A stretch of 64,000 nucleotides of DNA, from NCBI GenBank assembly GCA_965246885.1, contig OZ251992.1, positions 3,008,001 through 3,072,000 on the forward strand. The letters are read 5' to 3'. The stretch is from Abditibacterium sp. Lineage in GTDB: Bacteria; Armatimonadota; Abditibacteriia; Abditibacteriales; Abditibacteriaceae. Shown one piece after another: positions 40,603 through 50,781 of the stretch. Each line of letters opens with the position of its first letter. Position 1 is the first letter of the stretch. The notes beneath the pieces were generated by a model. It saw only the letters and a list, made by a program, of their open reading frames with translations. It was not told the origin of the DNA and ran no database searches. The position numbers and the translations under genes were made by a program.

Positions 40603-42375
40603 ATGAACACCTTCAAAGCAATCTACTGGCGTGCATTGGGGCGCGGCGTTTTCCTCCTATCCATGCCGTTGGCGAGCGCCATCGCATCGCCTGCCCAAAC
40701 GCTGCAAAACGGCAGTTTGGAGGGGGCTTACACCGCCGCGTCGGGTTCGGCAACCGCCGCCGTTTCCGGGTTGGTGACGCCCAGTTGGACGGACAACACG
40801 ACTTGGGCCAGTGGGGTCAACCTTTCCTATGAGCGCGACGCCAGCACCGTGCATGGCGGCTCGGCAAGCCAGAAAATCACCGTCAACTCCGGCTTCGCGC
40901 AGTTCCTAACGTGGAGCGCCAGCACCCAAACTTTCTCGGTCTGGCTCAAGGCGCAGTCGCCGATGTGGGTGGATGTGACTCTGCGCCAAGCTGACGCGCC
41001 TTACACGAATTACGCGGGCCACGCCGTCCGACTGACACCCACATGGACGCAAGTTTCGCTGAGCGGCCAAACACCTGCGGTGGGCGGTGTCATCCTCATC
41101 AAAACTGCGGGCACCGGAACATTGTGGGTGGACGACGCGGCGCTGACGCAAAGCGCGCACGGGCTGGCGCAAATGTTACGTCCGCCCTCGGCAACGCCGA
41201 TTCCCCCGACCTACTTTGGCCTCAACGCCAATCATCTGCACGATTCGCCGGGATACTCGTGGCCCGCCGTCCCCTTCGGTGCGTTTCGCAACTGGGATTC
41301 GGGCGTCATCTGGTCAACTATTGAAACCGCGCGTGGGGTTTACAACTGGGCTGACTTAGATAAAGATGTCGCGGGGGCACAGGCCAAAGGCCAGAAATAT
41401 CTCTTCAACTTCGCGGGCATACCGCGCTGGGCGGCACCAAGCGGGCCACAAACCTATGTGGGCACTTCGGCGGCGCCCGACGATCTCCAAGATTTGCGCG
41501 ACTTCGTGCGCGCCATCGCCACGCGCTACAAGGGCCGCATCGAAGCCTACGAGGTGTGGAACGAACCCGACCTGAACGACTTCTACTCCGGCACGCCCGC
41601 GCAGTTGGCGGCAGTCGAACTGACCATCAAGGAAGAGTTGCGCGCCGCCGACCCAAAGGCACTTCTGGTGGCTCCGCCGCTCGCGGGCGCCGATAACGCG
41701 GGTTCCCTTTCCTTTTTGGAAGCCTACCTCGTGGCGGGTGGCGGTAAGAACTGCGATGTCTTCGCCTATCATTCTTACGACCCACCGGAAACTCAACCCG
41801 ACTCCACGCGCGCCGTCCACAATCTTCTGGCGACTTATGGCTTTGGTGGCAAGCCCGTGTGGGTGACGGAGCGCGGCCTAATTCGGGGCACCTTGCCCGC
41901 CTCGGAGGGAGCGAGTTTCGTCGGACGCTCGTATCTACTTGGGTGGGCGACAGGCGTGAGGCGCCAATACTGGTATGCTTACGACAACGAGACCTACTCC
42001 GGCCTCGACCAGCAAAGCGCGGACGGCAAGACCCGCGACCCCGCGCAACTGGGCGCCGATGGCGTCGCCTACGAACAAATCCAAAAATGGCTGGTCGGAG
42101 CGAAGATGCTCTCGTGCGGCGTGGACAACAACAGCACTTGGACGTGCGTCGTGCAGGATGGCGCAGGCAATAAAGGCTACATCGTGTGGAGCACGCAAGG
42201 CCGGGCTGACTTCTCTGTGCCCACGATATGGAAAGCGACGACCTACCGCGACTTGGCGGGCAACGCCGCTCCTGTTACCCGAAACTCCATTGCTATAGGC
42301 CCATCTCCCATTGAGTTGCTGCCCACAAAAGTTGTTGTCCGCACAAAAGTCACCCGCCGCAAAGAGAAACAGTAA
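40603..42375 (+). CDS. Secreted clan GH-A glycoside hydrolase (GH39-like) with N-terminal CBM-like domain
   Basis: Signal peptide, LQNGSLE..LWVDDA module, acid/base YEVWNEPD, nucleophile VWVTERG. Confidence 0.85.
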   Translation: MNTFKAIYWRALGRGVFLLSMPLASAIASPAQTLQNGSLEGAYTAASGSATAAVSGLVTPSWTDNTTWASGVNLSYERDASTVHGGSASQKITVNSGFAQFLTWSASTQTFSVWLKAQSPMWVDVTLRQADAPYTNYAGHAVRLTPTWTQVSLSGQTPAVGGVILIKTAGTGTLWVDDAALTQSAHGLAQMLRPPSATPIPPTYFGLNANHLHDSPGYSWPAVPFGAFRNWDSGVIWSTIETARGVYNWADLDKDVAGAQAKGQKYLFNFAGIPRWAAPSGPQTYVGTSAAPDDLQDLRDFVRAIATRYKGRIEAYEVWNEPDLNDFYSGTPAQLAAVELTIKEELRAADPKALLVAPPLAGADNAGSLSFLEAYLVAGGGKNCDVFAYHSYDPPETQPDSTRAVHNLLATYGFGGKPVWVTERGLIRGTLPASEGASFVGRSYLLGWATGVRRQYWYAYDNETYSGLDQQSADGKTRDPAQLGADGVAYEQIQKWLVGAKMLSCGVDNNSTWTCVVQDGAGNKGYIVWSTQGRADFSVPTIWKATTYRDLAGNAAPVTRNSIAIGPSPIELLPTKVVVRTKVTRRKEKQ

Positions 42376-42384
42376 GCAAGCGGT

Positions 42385-43251
42385 TTACGAGAACATCGTT
42401 TCTGTCCACTCGCGGGCGTCGAAGTCGCAGATTTCGTCGGCGCGCTCGCCCACTCCGAGCAGCTTCACAGGCACGCCGGTCTCTTTAGTGACGGTGAGAA
42501 CGATGCCGCCTTTGGCGGTGCCGTCCCACTTGGTGAGAACAATACCCGTGAGCGGCGCGATACCTGCGAAGGCCGTCGCTTGATGCAGGCCGTTTTGTCC
42601 GGTCGTGGCGTCTATCACGAGCAGGGTTTCGTCGGGCGCCCGCCCAGTTTCGCGCTCGATGATGCGCGCGATTTTGGCGAGTTCGTTCATTAAGTTCGAC
42701 TTGTTGTGCAAGCGTCCGGCGGTGTCCACAAGAACGACGTCTCGCCCCCGACTGCGGGCGGCGCTCAGGGCGTCAAAGACGACGGCGGCGGGGTCAGCGC
42801 CTTGCTGCCCGGATACAACGGGGACGTTCGCGCGAGTTGCCCACTCCGCCAGTTGCTCGCTCGCGGCAGCGCGGAAGGTATCGCCCGCCGCAAGTAAGGG
42901 TCTATGGCCCTCTTCGACTAAGCGGTGGGCCAATTTGCCTATGGAAGTAGTCTTGCCCACGCCGTTCACGCCGATAAACAGCCACACCGTGACGCCGGAC
43001 GGGTTAAAGCGGAGCGGCTCGGTTTCCACGCCAAGCGTCTCGACGACGCGCGCTTTGAGCCACGCGCGGGCCGACTCGTCGTCGCGCGCTTCACCCCGCT
43101 TGGCGGCGGCGCGCAGGTCGCCGATTAGTCCAGTGGCGGTTGCAACCGACACATCAGAAAGAATCAGCCCCTCTTCGAGTTCTTCCAGGAACTCCTCATC
43201 CAGTTTGCGCCCGCCCAAACCGCCCAACCGTGAAAACAAACCGCGTAACAT
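42385..43251 (-). CDS. ftsY: Signal recognition particle receptor
   Basis: GVNGVGKTT, DTFRAAA, DTAGR, TKWDGTAKGG. ATG at 43251. Confidence 0.96.
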   Translation of the reverse strand: MLRGLFSRLGGLGGRKLDEEFLEELEEGLILSDVSVATATGLIGDLRAAAKRGEARDDESARAWLKARVVETLGVETEPLRFNPSGVTVWLFIGVNGVGKTTSIGKLAHRLVEEGHRPLLAAGDTFRAAASEQLAEWATRANVPVVSGQQGADPAAVVFDALSAARSRGRDVVLVDTAGRLHNKSNLMNELAKIARIIERETGRAPDETLLVIDATTGQNGLHQATAFAGIAPLTGIVLTKWDGTAKGGIVLTVTKETGVPVKLLGVGERADEICDFDAREWTETMFS

Positions 43252-43360
43252 GACGGCTTTCAGTCTGACGAAGCTCTCAGGCGGGCGGCCTCTGTCAGGC
43301 GAAGATGTGCGAAAACGTTGCATATGGAAAGAGCACGCGCCCCGAAGCCTTGCTTTCACG

Positions 43361-46300
43361 ATGAACCACAAACCCCCGGTGTCCGTCGCCTCCGAACTGT
43401 CTTCCTCTCCTCCGCTTCTGCTGGTCGAGGATGTCGAAGCGCGTCCCGAACGCGGGGCGCCCATCTCCTTCACGACGGTGGGCGCCGTTTTTGAACCGCC
43501 CACCGGTTTTGTGGTCAACGAGGTCACGGACGTGCCGCCTACGCTGATTGAACAACGGGCGTTACGCGCCGAAGCGCGCGCGGGCGCTTTGGTCATGGCG
43601 ACGCTCACGGCGTTAGGCGTCTTGATGGCGACGCTCGTGTTTTTGTTTGCGCGCGGCGGCGTCACGTCGGCCTCCGGGGGAATTGGGGTGTCAGTGGGAC
43701 AGGCGTTACTACTCGCGCTGTGCGGAGGCGCAAGTGCGTGGGGGGCGGGTATGGCGATCAAAAGCGCGCGCGGTGACGAGTTGATCCGCAGGCGGCTCGG
43801 CTGGGGCGCCATTGCGGGAGCGTGTGCGCTTTATGGCGTCGGATGGCTGGCGTATGAAGCCAACGGGCGCGGCGGCGCGGCGGCTTCTGCATCGGGTACG
43901 GTCACGCTCGCTGATTGGTTTTGGATCGCGCAACAACCGCTTTTATGGGTGGGACTGTTTTTGCTCGCGTGGCGCGGCAAGAGTTTGGGACTCATGCGCC
44001 TGCTCACCGATACCATCATTGTGGTGCTTTCGGCGCTTGTGCTGTTGTATTCGCTCGTGTTGGAAAATCGGCTCTTGGACTCCAACCCACAGGTTAGCTC
44101 GATGGCGAGGTTCGCGGCGCTGTATTTTCCTTTGTGCGACATCGCGCATTTGTTTTGCGTCCTGATGCTGTTGGCGAACGTGCGCGAGTATCCTTCGCTT
44201 CAGCGCGCGGCGCGGTTCTTGTTCGCGGGCGTGGTATGTTTAATCGCTTCCGATACGGTCGCCGCCTCGCTTGCGGCGGGCCACGTCCACCCCGCGTGGC
44301 TGACGGCACTGCAAGGTTGGGGCGTGCTGTTGTTGGGTGTGGCGGGAGTCGTGAGTGTCTTGTCGCCGCGTTCAGCCAAGCTGAGGCCGCAGTCGGACGC
44401 CGAAGAAGCCATCGAAGCCGCGCCACGCGAAGCGACGACCATCGGGGTGGCGGGCTTAGACGAAGCCCTCGCGCGCTGGCACCGTTCAGCCATGCTGTGG
44501 CTTCCCTATCTGGCGACGCTGGGCGTCTCGTGCTTTCTGATTGGCAAAGAGTTTTGGGGCAAAGACATCATGGGCAAAGACGCCCAAAGCGTGCAGCACC
44601 TGTTCCCCGTCTTGGCGCTTCTCCTCGCTATCGCCGCGCGCCAGATGCTCACACTATGGGACAACGTGCAACTCGCGGAGCGGCTGCGCGCCTCTAACCT
44701 CGACCTCGAACAAAACGTCAACGACCGCACCCGCCACCTCGCCACCCTCCATAGCATCACTTCGACTCTCAACGGCAGCCTCGACCGCCGCACCATCCTG
44801 CGCGTGGCACTCGAAAAAATCCTCGTCGCAACGGGCGCAACCGCAGGCGGCATCTGGCTCCGCGAAGTGCGCCGTGACGTGTATGATGGCGCCGCGCCGC
44901 ACCATCAGTGGGTGCTCATGCACTGGCAAGGCGGGGCCGATCCCGCGATGCCCTCCCTTTTGCGCGACCTGTCCATCGCCGAAGCGACCGAAACGGAGGC
45001 CGACCATAGCGATCGTTTACCCCTGTCACCCGCCACGCGCGAGGCGCTCCAAAGCGGACTCGCGCCTTCCAGTCAACGGCGGATACTTGTCCCCGTGCGT
45101 TGGCAAGGCACCCTTTTGGGCGTGTTGGGCTTGATGCGCGAAACTGGGCAATTCGGTTACGAAGACCGCGCTTTAGTCGAAAGCGTCGCTTTGGAAGCGG
45201 GCGCCGCCTTGCAAAACGCGCTGATGTATTCCGAAGCCGCGCACCGCGCCGACCGCGACTCTGTGACTAACCTGCTCAACCACCGCGCCGTGCAGGACGA
45301 GATGACCAAAACGCTCACCCGTTGCAAACGCACCGGGGGCGTGTTCTCCATTGTGATGATGGACTTGAACAACTTCAAGTTCTTTAACGACACCTACGGC
45401 CACCCCGTTGGCGATGAGGTGCTCCGCGCCGTTGCGCGCAGTCTTCGCGAGTCGTGCCGGGGCAGCGACATTCTGGGGCGCTACGGCGGCGACGAATTTA
45501 TCGTCGTTTTGCCCGACACCGACGCGCAGGGGACGCTCGACGTTTGCGCGCGCATCAAGGCCGCTCTCGACGCCAAGCACTTTGAACCCGTGCCGGGAAC
45601 GCGCCTTCCCATCGGTACCGCCTTCGGCTGGGCCGCTTATCCCCAAGACGGCGAGGTCATTATGGATTTGCTCCAAGCCGCCGACGCCAACCTTTACAAC
45701 CACAAACGGGGCGGCGCCTCTTATCTGTCGCAGTCGCAAAAGGCGCTGCAAGAGGGCCGGGACGAACTGCGCAAGCTGAAAAACCGCGCGCACGGCGGCT
45801 CCTTCGGCGTGCTCGATGCCCTCGTGACGGCCATTGACAACAAAGACCACTACACCCGCGCGCACTCCGAGGAAGTCACCTATCTTTCGCTTCTGGTCGC
45901 CCGCGAGTTGGGCTATGGGCGCGAGCAACTCGAAGCCGTGCGCATCTCCGGCCTCTTGCACGACGTGGGTAAAATCGCCGTCCCCGATTCCATCCTGCGG
46001 CACCCCGGCAAACTGGGCCGCGACGAGTGGGACATCATGCAGCAACACCCGGTCTTCGGCGCCCTCATCGTCAAAGACGTGCCGCACTTGGAGCGCGTCA
46101 TAGACGGCATCAAATACCACCACGAGAAATGGGACGGCTCCGGCTACCCCGAACAGCGCGTGGCTGAGGACATCCCCGAAATGGGCCGCCTGTTGGCAAT
46201 GGGCGACTGCTATTCTGCCCTCACCACCGACCGCCCCTACCGCAAAGGTTGGAAGCCCGAAGCCGCCTTAGAGGAAATCGAGCGCTGCGCGGGCAGCCAC

Positions 46301-46435
46301 TTCGACCCGAACTTGTGCGCCCTGTTCCTCCAAATCATGCGCCGGGAACTGGCTTTAGGAAGCGACAACAGCGACTATGGGAGCCGCATCTCCGAAGAGT
46401 TCGGCGCCGACCGCGAAGAAGCAGTCGCGGCGTGA
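43361..46435 (+). CDS. Membrane GAF + GGDEF + HD-GYP c-di-GMP signalling protein
   Basis: Multiple TM segments, GAF, RYGGDEF, then LLHDVGK, HHEKWDGSGYP and DRPYR. Confidence 0.93.
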   Translation: MNHKPPVSVASELSSSPPLLLVEDVEARPERGAPISFTTVGAVFEPPTGFVVNEVTDVPPTLIEQRALRAEARAGALVMATLTALGVLMATLVFLFARGGVTSASGGIGVSVGQALLLALCGGASAWGAGMAIKSARGDELIRRRLGWGAIAGACALYGVGWLAYEANGRGGAAASASGTVTLADWFWIAQQPLLWVGLFLLAWRGKSLGLMRLLTDTIIVVLSALVLLYSLVLENRLLDSNPQVSSMARFAALYFPLCDIAHLFCVLMLLANVREYPSLQRAARFLFAGVVCLIASDTVAASLAAGHVHPAWLTALQGWGVLLLGVAGVVSVLSPRSAKLRPQSDAEEAIEAAPREATTIGVAGLDEALARWHRSAMLWLPYLATLGVSCFLIGKEFWGKDIMGKDAQSVQHLFPVLALLLAIAARQMLTLWDNVQLAERLRASNLDLEQNVNDRTRHLATLHSITSTLNGSLDRRTILRVALEKILVATGATAGGIWLREVRRDVYDGAAPHHQWVLMHWQGGADPAMPSLLRDLSIAEATETEADHSDRLPLSPATREALQSGLAPSSQRRILVPVRWQGTLLGVLGLMRETGQFGYEDRALVESVALEAGAALQNALMYSEAAHRADRDSVTNLLNHRAVQDEMTKTLTRCKRTGGVFSIVMMDLNNFKFFNDTYGHPVGDEVLRAVARSLRESCRGSDILGRYGGDEFIVVLPDTDAQGTLDVCARIKAALDAKHFEPVPGTRLPIGTAFGWAAYPQDGEVIMDLLQAADANLYNHKRGGASYLSQSQKALQEGRDELRKLKNRAHGGSFGVLDALVTAIDNKDHYTRAHSEEVTYLSLLVARELGYGREQLEAVRISGLLHDVGKIAVPDSILRHPGKLGRDEWDIMQQHPVFGALIVKDVPHLERVIDGIKYHHEKWDGSGYPEQRVAEDIPEMGRLLAMGDCYSALTTDRPYRKGWKPEAALEEIERCAGSHFDPNLCALFLQIMRRELALGSDNSDYGSRISEEFGADREEAVAA

Positions 46436-46438
46436 ACC

Positions 46439-46536
46439 CGCCCGCTTACGGGAACGGTTGCCGCGCCCCGGTGAACGAGCCGCCGGGGCCGGTGAACGAG
46501 TCGCTGGGGCGCGGCAACCGTTCCCGTAAGCGGGCG
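46439..46536. repeat. 31-bp perfect inverted repeat enclosing 2 x 21-bp direct repeat
   Basis: CGCCCGCTTACGGGAACGGTTGCCGCGCCCC (46439-46469) and its reverse complement (46506-46536); CCGGTGAACGAGYCGCYGGGG twice at 46468-46509. Confidence 0.92.
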
Positions 46537-46558
46537 CTTCGTTCGCCCAGTCCCGTCT

Positions 46559-47818
46559 TCAAATCCCCAGCGCCCGCAAAACGCGCGCGGCATTAAAAGC
46601 GCCGACGGTGCCTTCCAACATCACGACGCGGCGCCCGCGCTGGATGAGCCACACGCCGTCGGGCGCGGCGTTCCACACGCTCAGGGCGCCGCGCTTGATT
46701 TCGGGTGCCCGCACGCCGAAACGCAGGTTGGTTCGGCTCGCATACGCCGCGCGCCACAGCGTTGCCGCGTCTTCGTCGTCCCACAGCGAGTCTTGCACGA
46801 TTAAATCGGCTCCCTTTGGCCCGACGTAGACGGCGTAACGGTCGCCCGCCCAGCCCGACGCGGCGGCGCGCGCTTGCGCCTCGTTGCCGTTGGCGCCCGC
46901 GACTTGGCGCAAGCCCAATTCGCCGTTGACATCGAAATCGAGCAACTGCCAGCCGCGTAACACCCGGCGTACATCGGGCATGGCCACCTCTTCTGGCTCT
47001 TTGCCCGCCAGATACAGCGAGGGATGCAAGATTTGCTGCGTCGAAACCGGCGGGTGCGCGTAGGCTTTGGACACCTGCGTCCAACCGCCGACCGCTTCAA
47101 GGCGCGTGCAAAAGCGCAAACCCGCCACATAGGGGAACGTCACCGTTTCGCGCAGAGCGGACGGCGCTTGGCTCATCTGCACCGTGTCGCCTCCCGCCAA
47201 ATGTCCCAACGCCGACATGAACATCCCGAAGGAGCGCAAGGGGTCGCGCGCCATAAAACGCGACATTGAAAGCGTGGCATCGCCTTCCACTAAGGCGCGG
47301 AGCGCCAACTGCCCGTCGCCGTTGTGCGGCGCGGAAGAAAGTAGGCGCGTTAAGTCGAAGTGTTGGTCTTGCAAGGCGTGCGTGAGTTCGTGCGCCATGA
47401 CGGTTTCCAACTCACCGCGTCCCACGCGGTCACTGGTGGTGAACGAGCGCGTGCGGTTGTCGTAAAAGCCCAGTATCTGCTCGCCCATCAAGTGCGAGTA
47501 GGCGCTCTTGAGGTCGAAGTTCTTGGGCGCCAACCCCGTTTGGCGCAGGTAGATGTTGGCGGCTCGCACCCCGTTTGAGTCGCCTTCGCTGTTCACCCCG
47601 CGCGTGACGTAGGCCGCCACCTGCTTTTGCGTGAGCACCCGCGTCGGGACAGGACGCAGGATGGAGAGTTGCCGAATGGCGCTGGTTTCCTTCAAGACGC
47701 GGTTCGCCATCGCTTGAACGCTTTCGGCTTTGGCAGGGGTGGGCGTGGGCGTGGGCGTGGCGAAACACGGAAGGGACGAGGCGCTTATCGCCGCGAGACA
47801 GAGCCAAAAACGATTCAT
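46559..47818 (-). CDS. Secreted HExxH putative zinc metallopeptidase
   Basis: Signal peptide, ILGFYD, AHELTHALQDQHF, ALVEGDA, GWAGDRY. Confidence 0.82.
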   Translation of the reverse strand: MNRFWLCLAAISASSLPCFATPTPTPTPAKAESVQAMANRVLKETSAIRQLSILRPVPTRVLTQKQVAAYVTRGVNSEGDSNGVRAANIYLRQTGLAPKNFDLKSAYSHLMGEQILGFYDNRTRSFTTSDRVGRGELETVMAHELTHALQDQHFDLTRLLSSAPHNGDGQLALRALVEGDATLSMSRFMARDPLRSFGMFMSALGHLAGGDTVQMSQAPSALRETVTFPYVAGLRFCTRLEAVGGWTQVSKAYAHPPVSTQQILHPSLYLAGKEPEEVAMPDVRRVLRGWQLLDFDVNGELGLRQVAGANGNEAQARAAASGWAGDRYAVYVGPKGADLIVQDSLWDDEDAATLWRAAYASRTNLRFGVRAPEIKRGALSVWNAAPDGVWLIQRGRRVVMLEGTVGAFNAARVLRALGI

Positions 47819-47911
47819 GCGCAGAGTGTAGGGGGAACGCGCTTTGCCTTTTGGGGGTCTTTCTCTAACCGCTTTCAAGATCGTTCCCCGCAAGCGGCAA
47901 GACCCACTATC

Positions 47912-49675
47912 ATGGCCAAAAACCGCGACCGTCGCACCTTGGGCGACGATGCCGACGAAGCGTTTCCCGCTTCGTCGTTCCCCGAAACGCAACTCGACGC
48001 CGCCGGACTGTTGGACGAAGTTCTGCGCTCCGGCCAGATTGACGACGCCAAAACGCGCAACACCCTGTTCCTGTTGCGCCACCAATTAGAAACCGACAAA
48101 CGCCAACTCGAAGAGGCCGCCGAACTCATCGGCCAATACGAGGAGGCTTATAACAAGCTCACCCAACCCGCCAACCGCTTGGGCACGTATCTGGGCCTGC
48201 CGCCCGAAGACCGCTCGACGCGCAAAATCGCCAAAGAAGGCGAGGACACCCTCGCGCTGATTGCCGTTGGCGACCAAGAATACGTCGTGCAGGTTGACCC
48301 GAACATCGAAAATCCCGCTTTCGAGGTCGGCACGCGCGTCAAGATCAACGAGGGCTATGCCGTCGTGGGCGACCTTGGCCCCGCCGAGAACGGCCCCATC
48401 GCCAAAATCGCCGAAGTCCTCGACGACACCCGTTTGCGCGTGTCGTCCGACCCGCAAGGGATGCAGTCGCGCATTGTGTTGCGCGGCCCAAAGCTCGCCG
48501 TCGCCGATGTGAAAAACGGCGACGAAGTGCGGATGGAGCCGAACTTTAAAGTCGCGCTTGAATCGTTCGCGGGCAACGACTCGCGCGACTACTTCCTCGA
48601 CGAAGTGCCCGAACTGCCTTGGGAAAAGGTCGGCGGGCAAGAGGAAGCCATCACCGTCATCAAGGACGCCATCGAACTGCCGCTTTTGTATCCCGAACTG
48701 TTCGAGCGCTTTGGCAAAAAACCGCTCAAGGGCATCCTGCTGTATGGCCCGCCCGGTTGCGGTAAGACGCTCATTGGCAAAGCGACCGCTTACAACCTGA
48801 CCAAAGCCTACAACGAGCGCACCGGGCAGAACTTGAAGGAGTATTTCATGCTCATCAACGGCCCGCAAATCCTTAATATGTGGCTGGGCGAATCGGAGCG
48901 CCAAGTGCGCGAGATTTTCCAATCCGCCCGCGAAAAGGCTAAGGAAGGGCACCTCGTTTTCATCTTCATGGACGAAGCCGAAGCGCTCCTTCGCACCCGT
49001 TCAAGCGGACGGATGGGCAACATCAACAACACCTTAGTGCCGCAGTTCGCCGCCGAGATGGACGGCCTCGTCGCCATGCAAAACGTCGTGGTCATGCTGA
49101 CCAGCAACCGTCCCGACTACATTGACCCCGCGATTCTGCGCCCCGGTCGCATTGATCGCAAGGTGAAAATCCGCCGCCCCGATAAGCCGAGCGCCCGCCA
49201 GATTTTCAGCATCTACCTGACCGACACCCTGCCCTACGACCCGGATTTGCTCCGCGCGCACGGCGACAACCTCACCGCCGTGCGCGACGAACTCGCCGAG
49301 GCCGCGACGAACTACGTGTTCCGCCGCACCGCCGAAACCGAGTTCCTCGAAGTCTTTACCCGCGCCGGGGGAGTCGAGACGCTGCACTACAAAGACCTGA
49401 TTTCGGGCGCGCTGATTGAGTCCATCGTCGAGCGCGCCAAGGACTTCGTCATTAAGAGGAGCATTGACGTAAAGTCCTCGCAAGAGGGCCTTTCCTTCGA
49501 GGATTTGAAGAAGTCCATAGACGCCGAGTTCAAGGAAAACGAGATTTTCCCAAAAACCGACAACGTCGAAGACTGGCTCAAACTGCTCGACTACGAACCC
49601 GAAAACGTCGTCACCCTCAAGCCCATCCGCCCCGGCGCCCGCGACAAAGCGCAGTCCGTGCGCGGCGTGATTTGA
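47912..49675 (+). CDS. arc: Proteasome-associated AAA+ ATPase (ARC/Mpa-like)
   Basis: N-terminal coiled coil ending LTQPAN, OB-like interdomain, GPPGCGKT, FMDEAE, VPQFAAEMDG, NRPDYIDPAILRPGRID, ISGALIESIVERAK, EFKENEIFP. Confidence 0.88.
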   Translation: MAKNRDRRTLGDDADEAFPASSFPETQLDAAGLLDEVLRSGQIDDAKTRNTLFLLRHQLETDKRQLEEAAELIGQYEEAYNKLTQPANRLGTYLGLPPEDRSTRKIAKEGEDTLALIAVGDQEYVVQVDPNIENPAFEVGTRVKINEGYAVVGDLGPAENGPIAKIAEVLDDTRLRVSSDPQGMQSRIVLRGPKLAVADVKNGDEVRMEPNFKVALESFAGNDSRDYFLDEVPELPWEKVGGQEEAITVIKDAIELPLLYPELFERFGKKPLKGILLYGPPGCGKTLIGKATAYNLTKAYNERTGQNLKEYFMLINGPQILNMWLGESERQVREIFQSAREKAKEGHLVFIFMDEAEALLRTRSSGRMGNINNTLVPQFAAEMDGLVAMQNVVVMLTSNRPDYIDPAILRPGRIDRKVKIRRPDKPSARQIFSIYLTDTLPYDPDLLRAHGDNLTAVRDELAEAATNYVFRRTAETEFLEVFTRAGGVETLHYKDLISGALIESIVERAKDFVIKRSIDVKSSQEGLSFEDLKKSIDAEFKENEIFPKTDNVEDWLKLLDYEPENVVTLKPIRPGARDKAQSVRGVI

Positions 49676-49687
49676 GGAGGTAGAATG

Positions 49688-49721
49688 AAAAGCGAGGCAT
49701 CGAAAAGGTGTCTCGCTTTTT
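49688..49721 (+). terminator. Intrinsic terminator after the ATPase
   Basis: AAAAGCGAGGCATC-GAAAA-GGTGTCTCGCTTTTT. Confidence 0.75.
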
Positions 49722-49755
49722 GCTTGCCTCCAAGTGCTTGCACAAACTCGCTGCT

Positions 49756-50772
49756 ATGCCTTCTGCAATCCTCGTCAACTCTGCCTTTGATGCCGTGTGG
49801 CCCTTTTGCGCCGATTACGCTCATCGTGAATGGGGCGCGCAGGGCGCAGTTGAGTTCATCCGTGTCGGGCCGGAAGACACGCGCCCTGTGAACGAACTGC
49901 TTGCCTCGCCATCGGAAACGACGCGCCTCCTCAGCTTCGGCATACCGCTCACTTCGCGCTGTGTCGAAGCGTTATCCGCACTGCGAGAAGCGGCCATTAT
50001 TCCGTCCGACGAGAACAAAACCGACGAGGACGCGAGAAAACAACTCCAAGCGCGAGGAGTGCGGCTCATCAAGCACACCTCGGAGGGGTTTTGGGGGCAA
50101 TCCGTCAGCGAGTTCGCGTTGGCTTTGACGCTGTGCGGATTGCGGCGCATCCCGCAAACTCACCACAACATCCTGACAAGCCACGAAGACTGGGACTATG
50201 ACCCGCCTGAGGGCCGGGGGCGCCCCGGCGTGCGCGGGCAACAGTTCGGCGACGACCCGTGCTTTGTCAATGGCACCGTCGAGGGCAAACGCGTTCGGGT
50301 TGTCGGCGCGGGTAACATCGCCGCCCGTTACGCGAGTTTCGTTCATTTTCTCGGCGCCGAGGTCGCGGCGTGGGATCCCTTCGCGGCGGAACCAGCCTTT
50401 CACCGCGCGGGCACTCGGCGCGAGCATTTTCTCGACCGTTTGATAACGGACGCCGACATCTTCGCTCCCATGCTTCCGCTCACCGACGCAACGCGCGGTT
50501 TGGTTACGGCAACTCACATTGAAGCGCTCCCCAAAGGGTGCCTCGTCGTGTTGGCGACGCGCGCCGACATCGTGGACGTTCCCACCCTACGCCGCCGCGT
50601 GCTCAACGACGAATTGGCACTCGCTGCCGATGTCTTCGACATCGAGCCACTTCCTATGGACGACCCGCTTTTGGGCCGCCACAACGTAGTTCATACCCCC
50701 CACAACGCCGGACGCACCCGCCAAGCGAACGAACGTTTCGCCGCCATGCTCCTCGAACAGTTCGCCCCCTGA
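49756..50772 (+). CDS. D-isomer-specific 2-hydroxyacid dehydrogenase family protein
   Basis: SVSEFAL, VVGAGNIA, DVFDIEPL, TPHNAG. Confidence 0.88.
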   Translation: MPSAILVNSAFDAVWPFCADYAHREWGAQGAVEFIRVGPEDTRPVNELLASPSETTRLLSFGIPLTSRCVEALSALREAAIIPSDENKTDEDARKQLQARGVRLIKHTSEGFWGQSVSEFALALTLCGLRRIPQTHHNILTSHEDWDYDPPEGRGRPGVRGQQFGDDPCFVNGTVEGKRVRVVGAGNIAARYASFVHFLGAEVAAWDPFAAEPAFHRAGTRREHFLDRLITDADIFAPMLPLTDATRGLVTATHIEALPKGCLVVLATRADIVDVPTLRRRVLNDELALAADVFDIEPLPMDDPLLGRHNVVHTPHNAGRTRQANERFAAMLLEQFAP

Positions 50773-50781
50773 GCGCCCCCA

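Noticed and set aside
42605..43360. Long N-terminal extension of the GGDEF/HD-GYP ORF (likewise 47627-47911 for the ATPase and 43252-43812 for FtsY)
   Set aside because: These are antisense shadows of real neighbouring genes in GC-rich DNA; better starts lie downstream.
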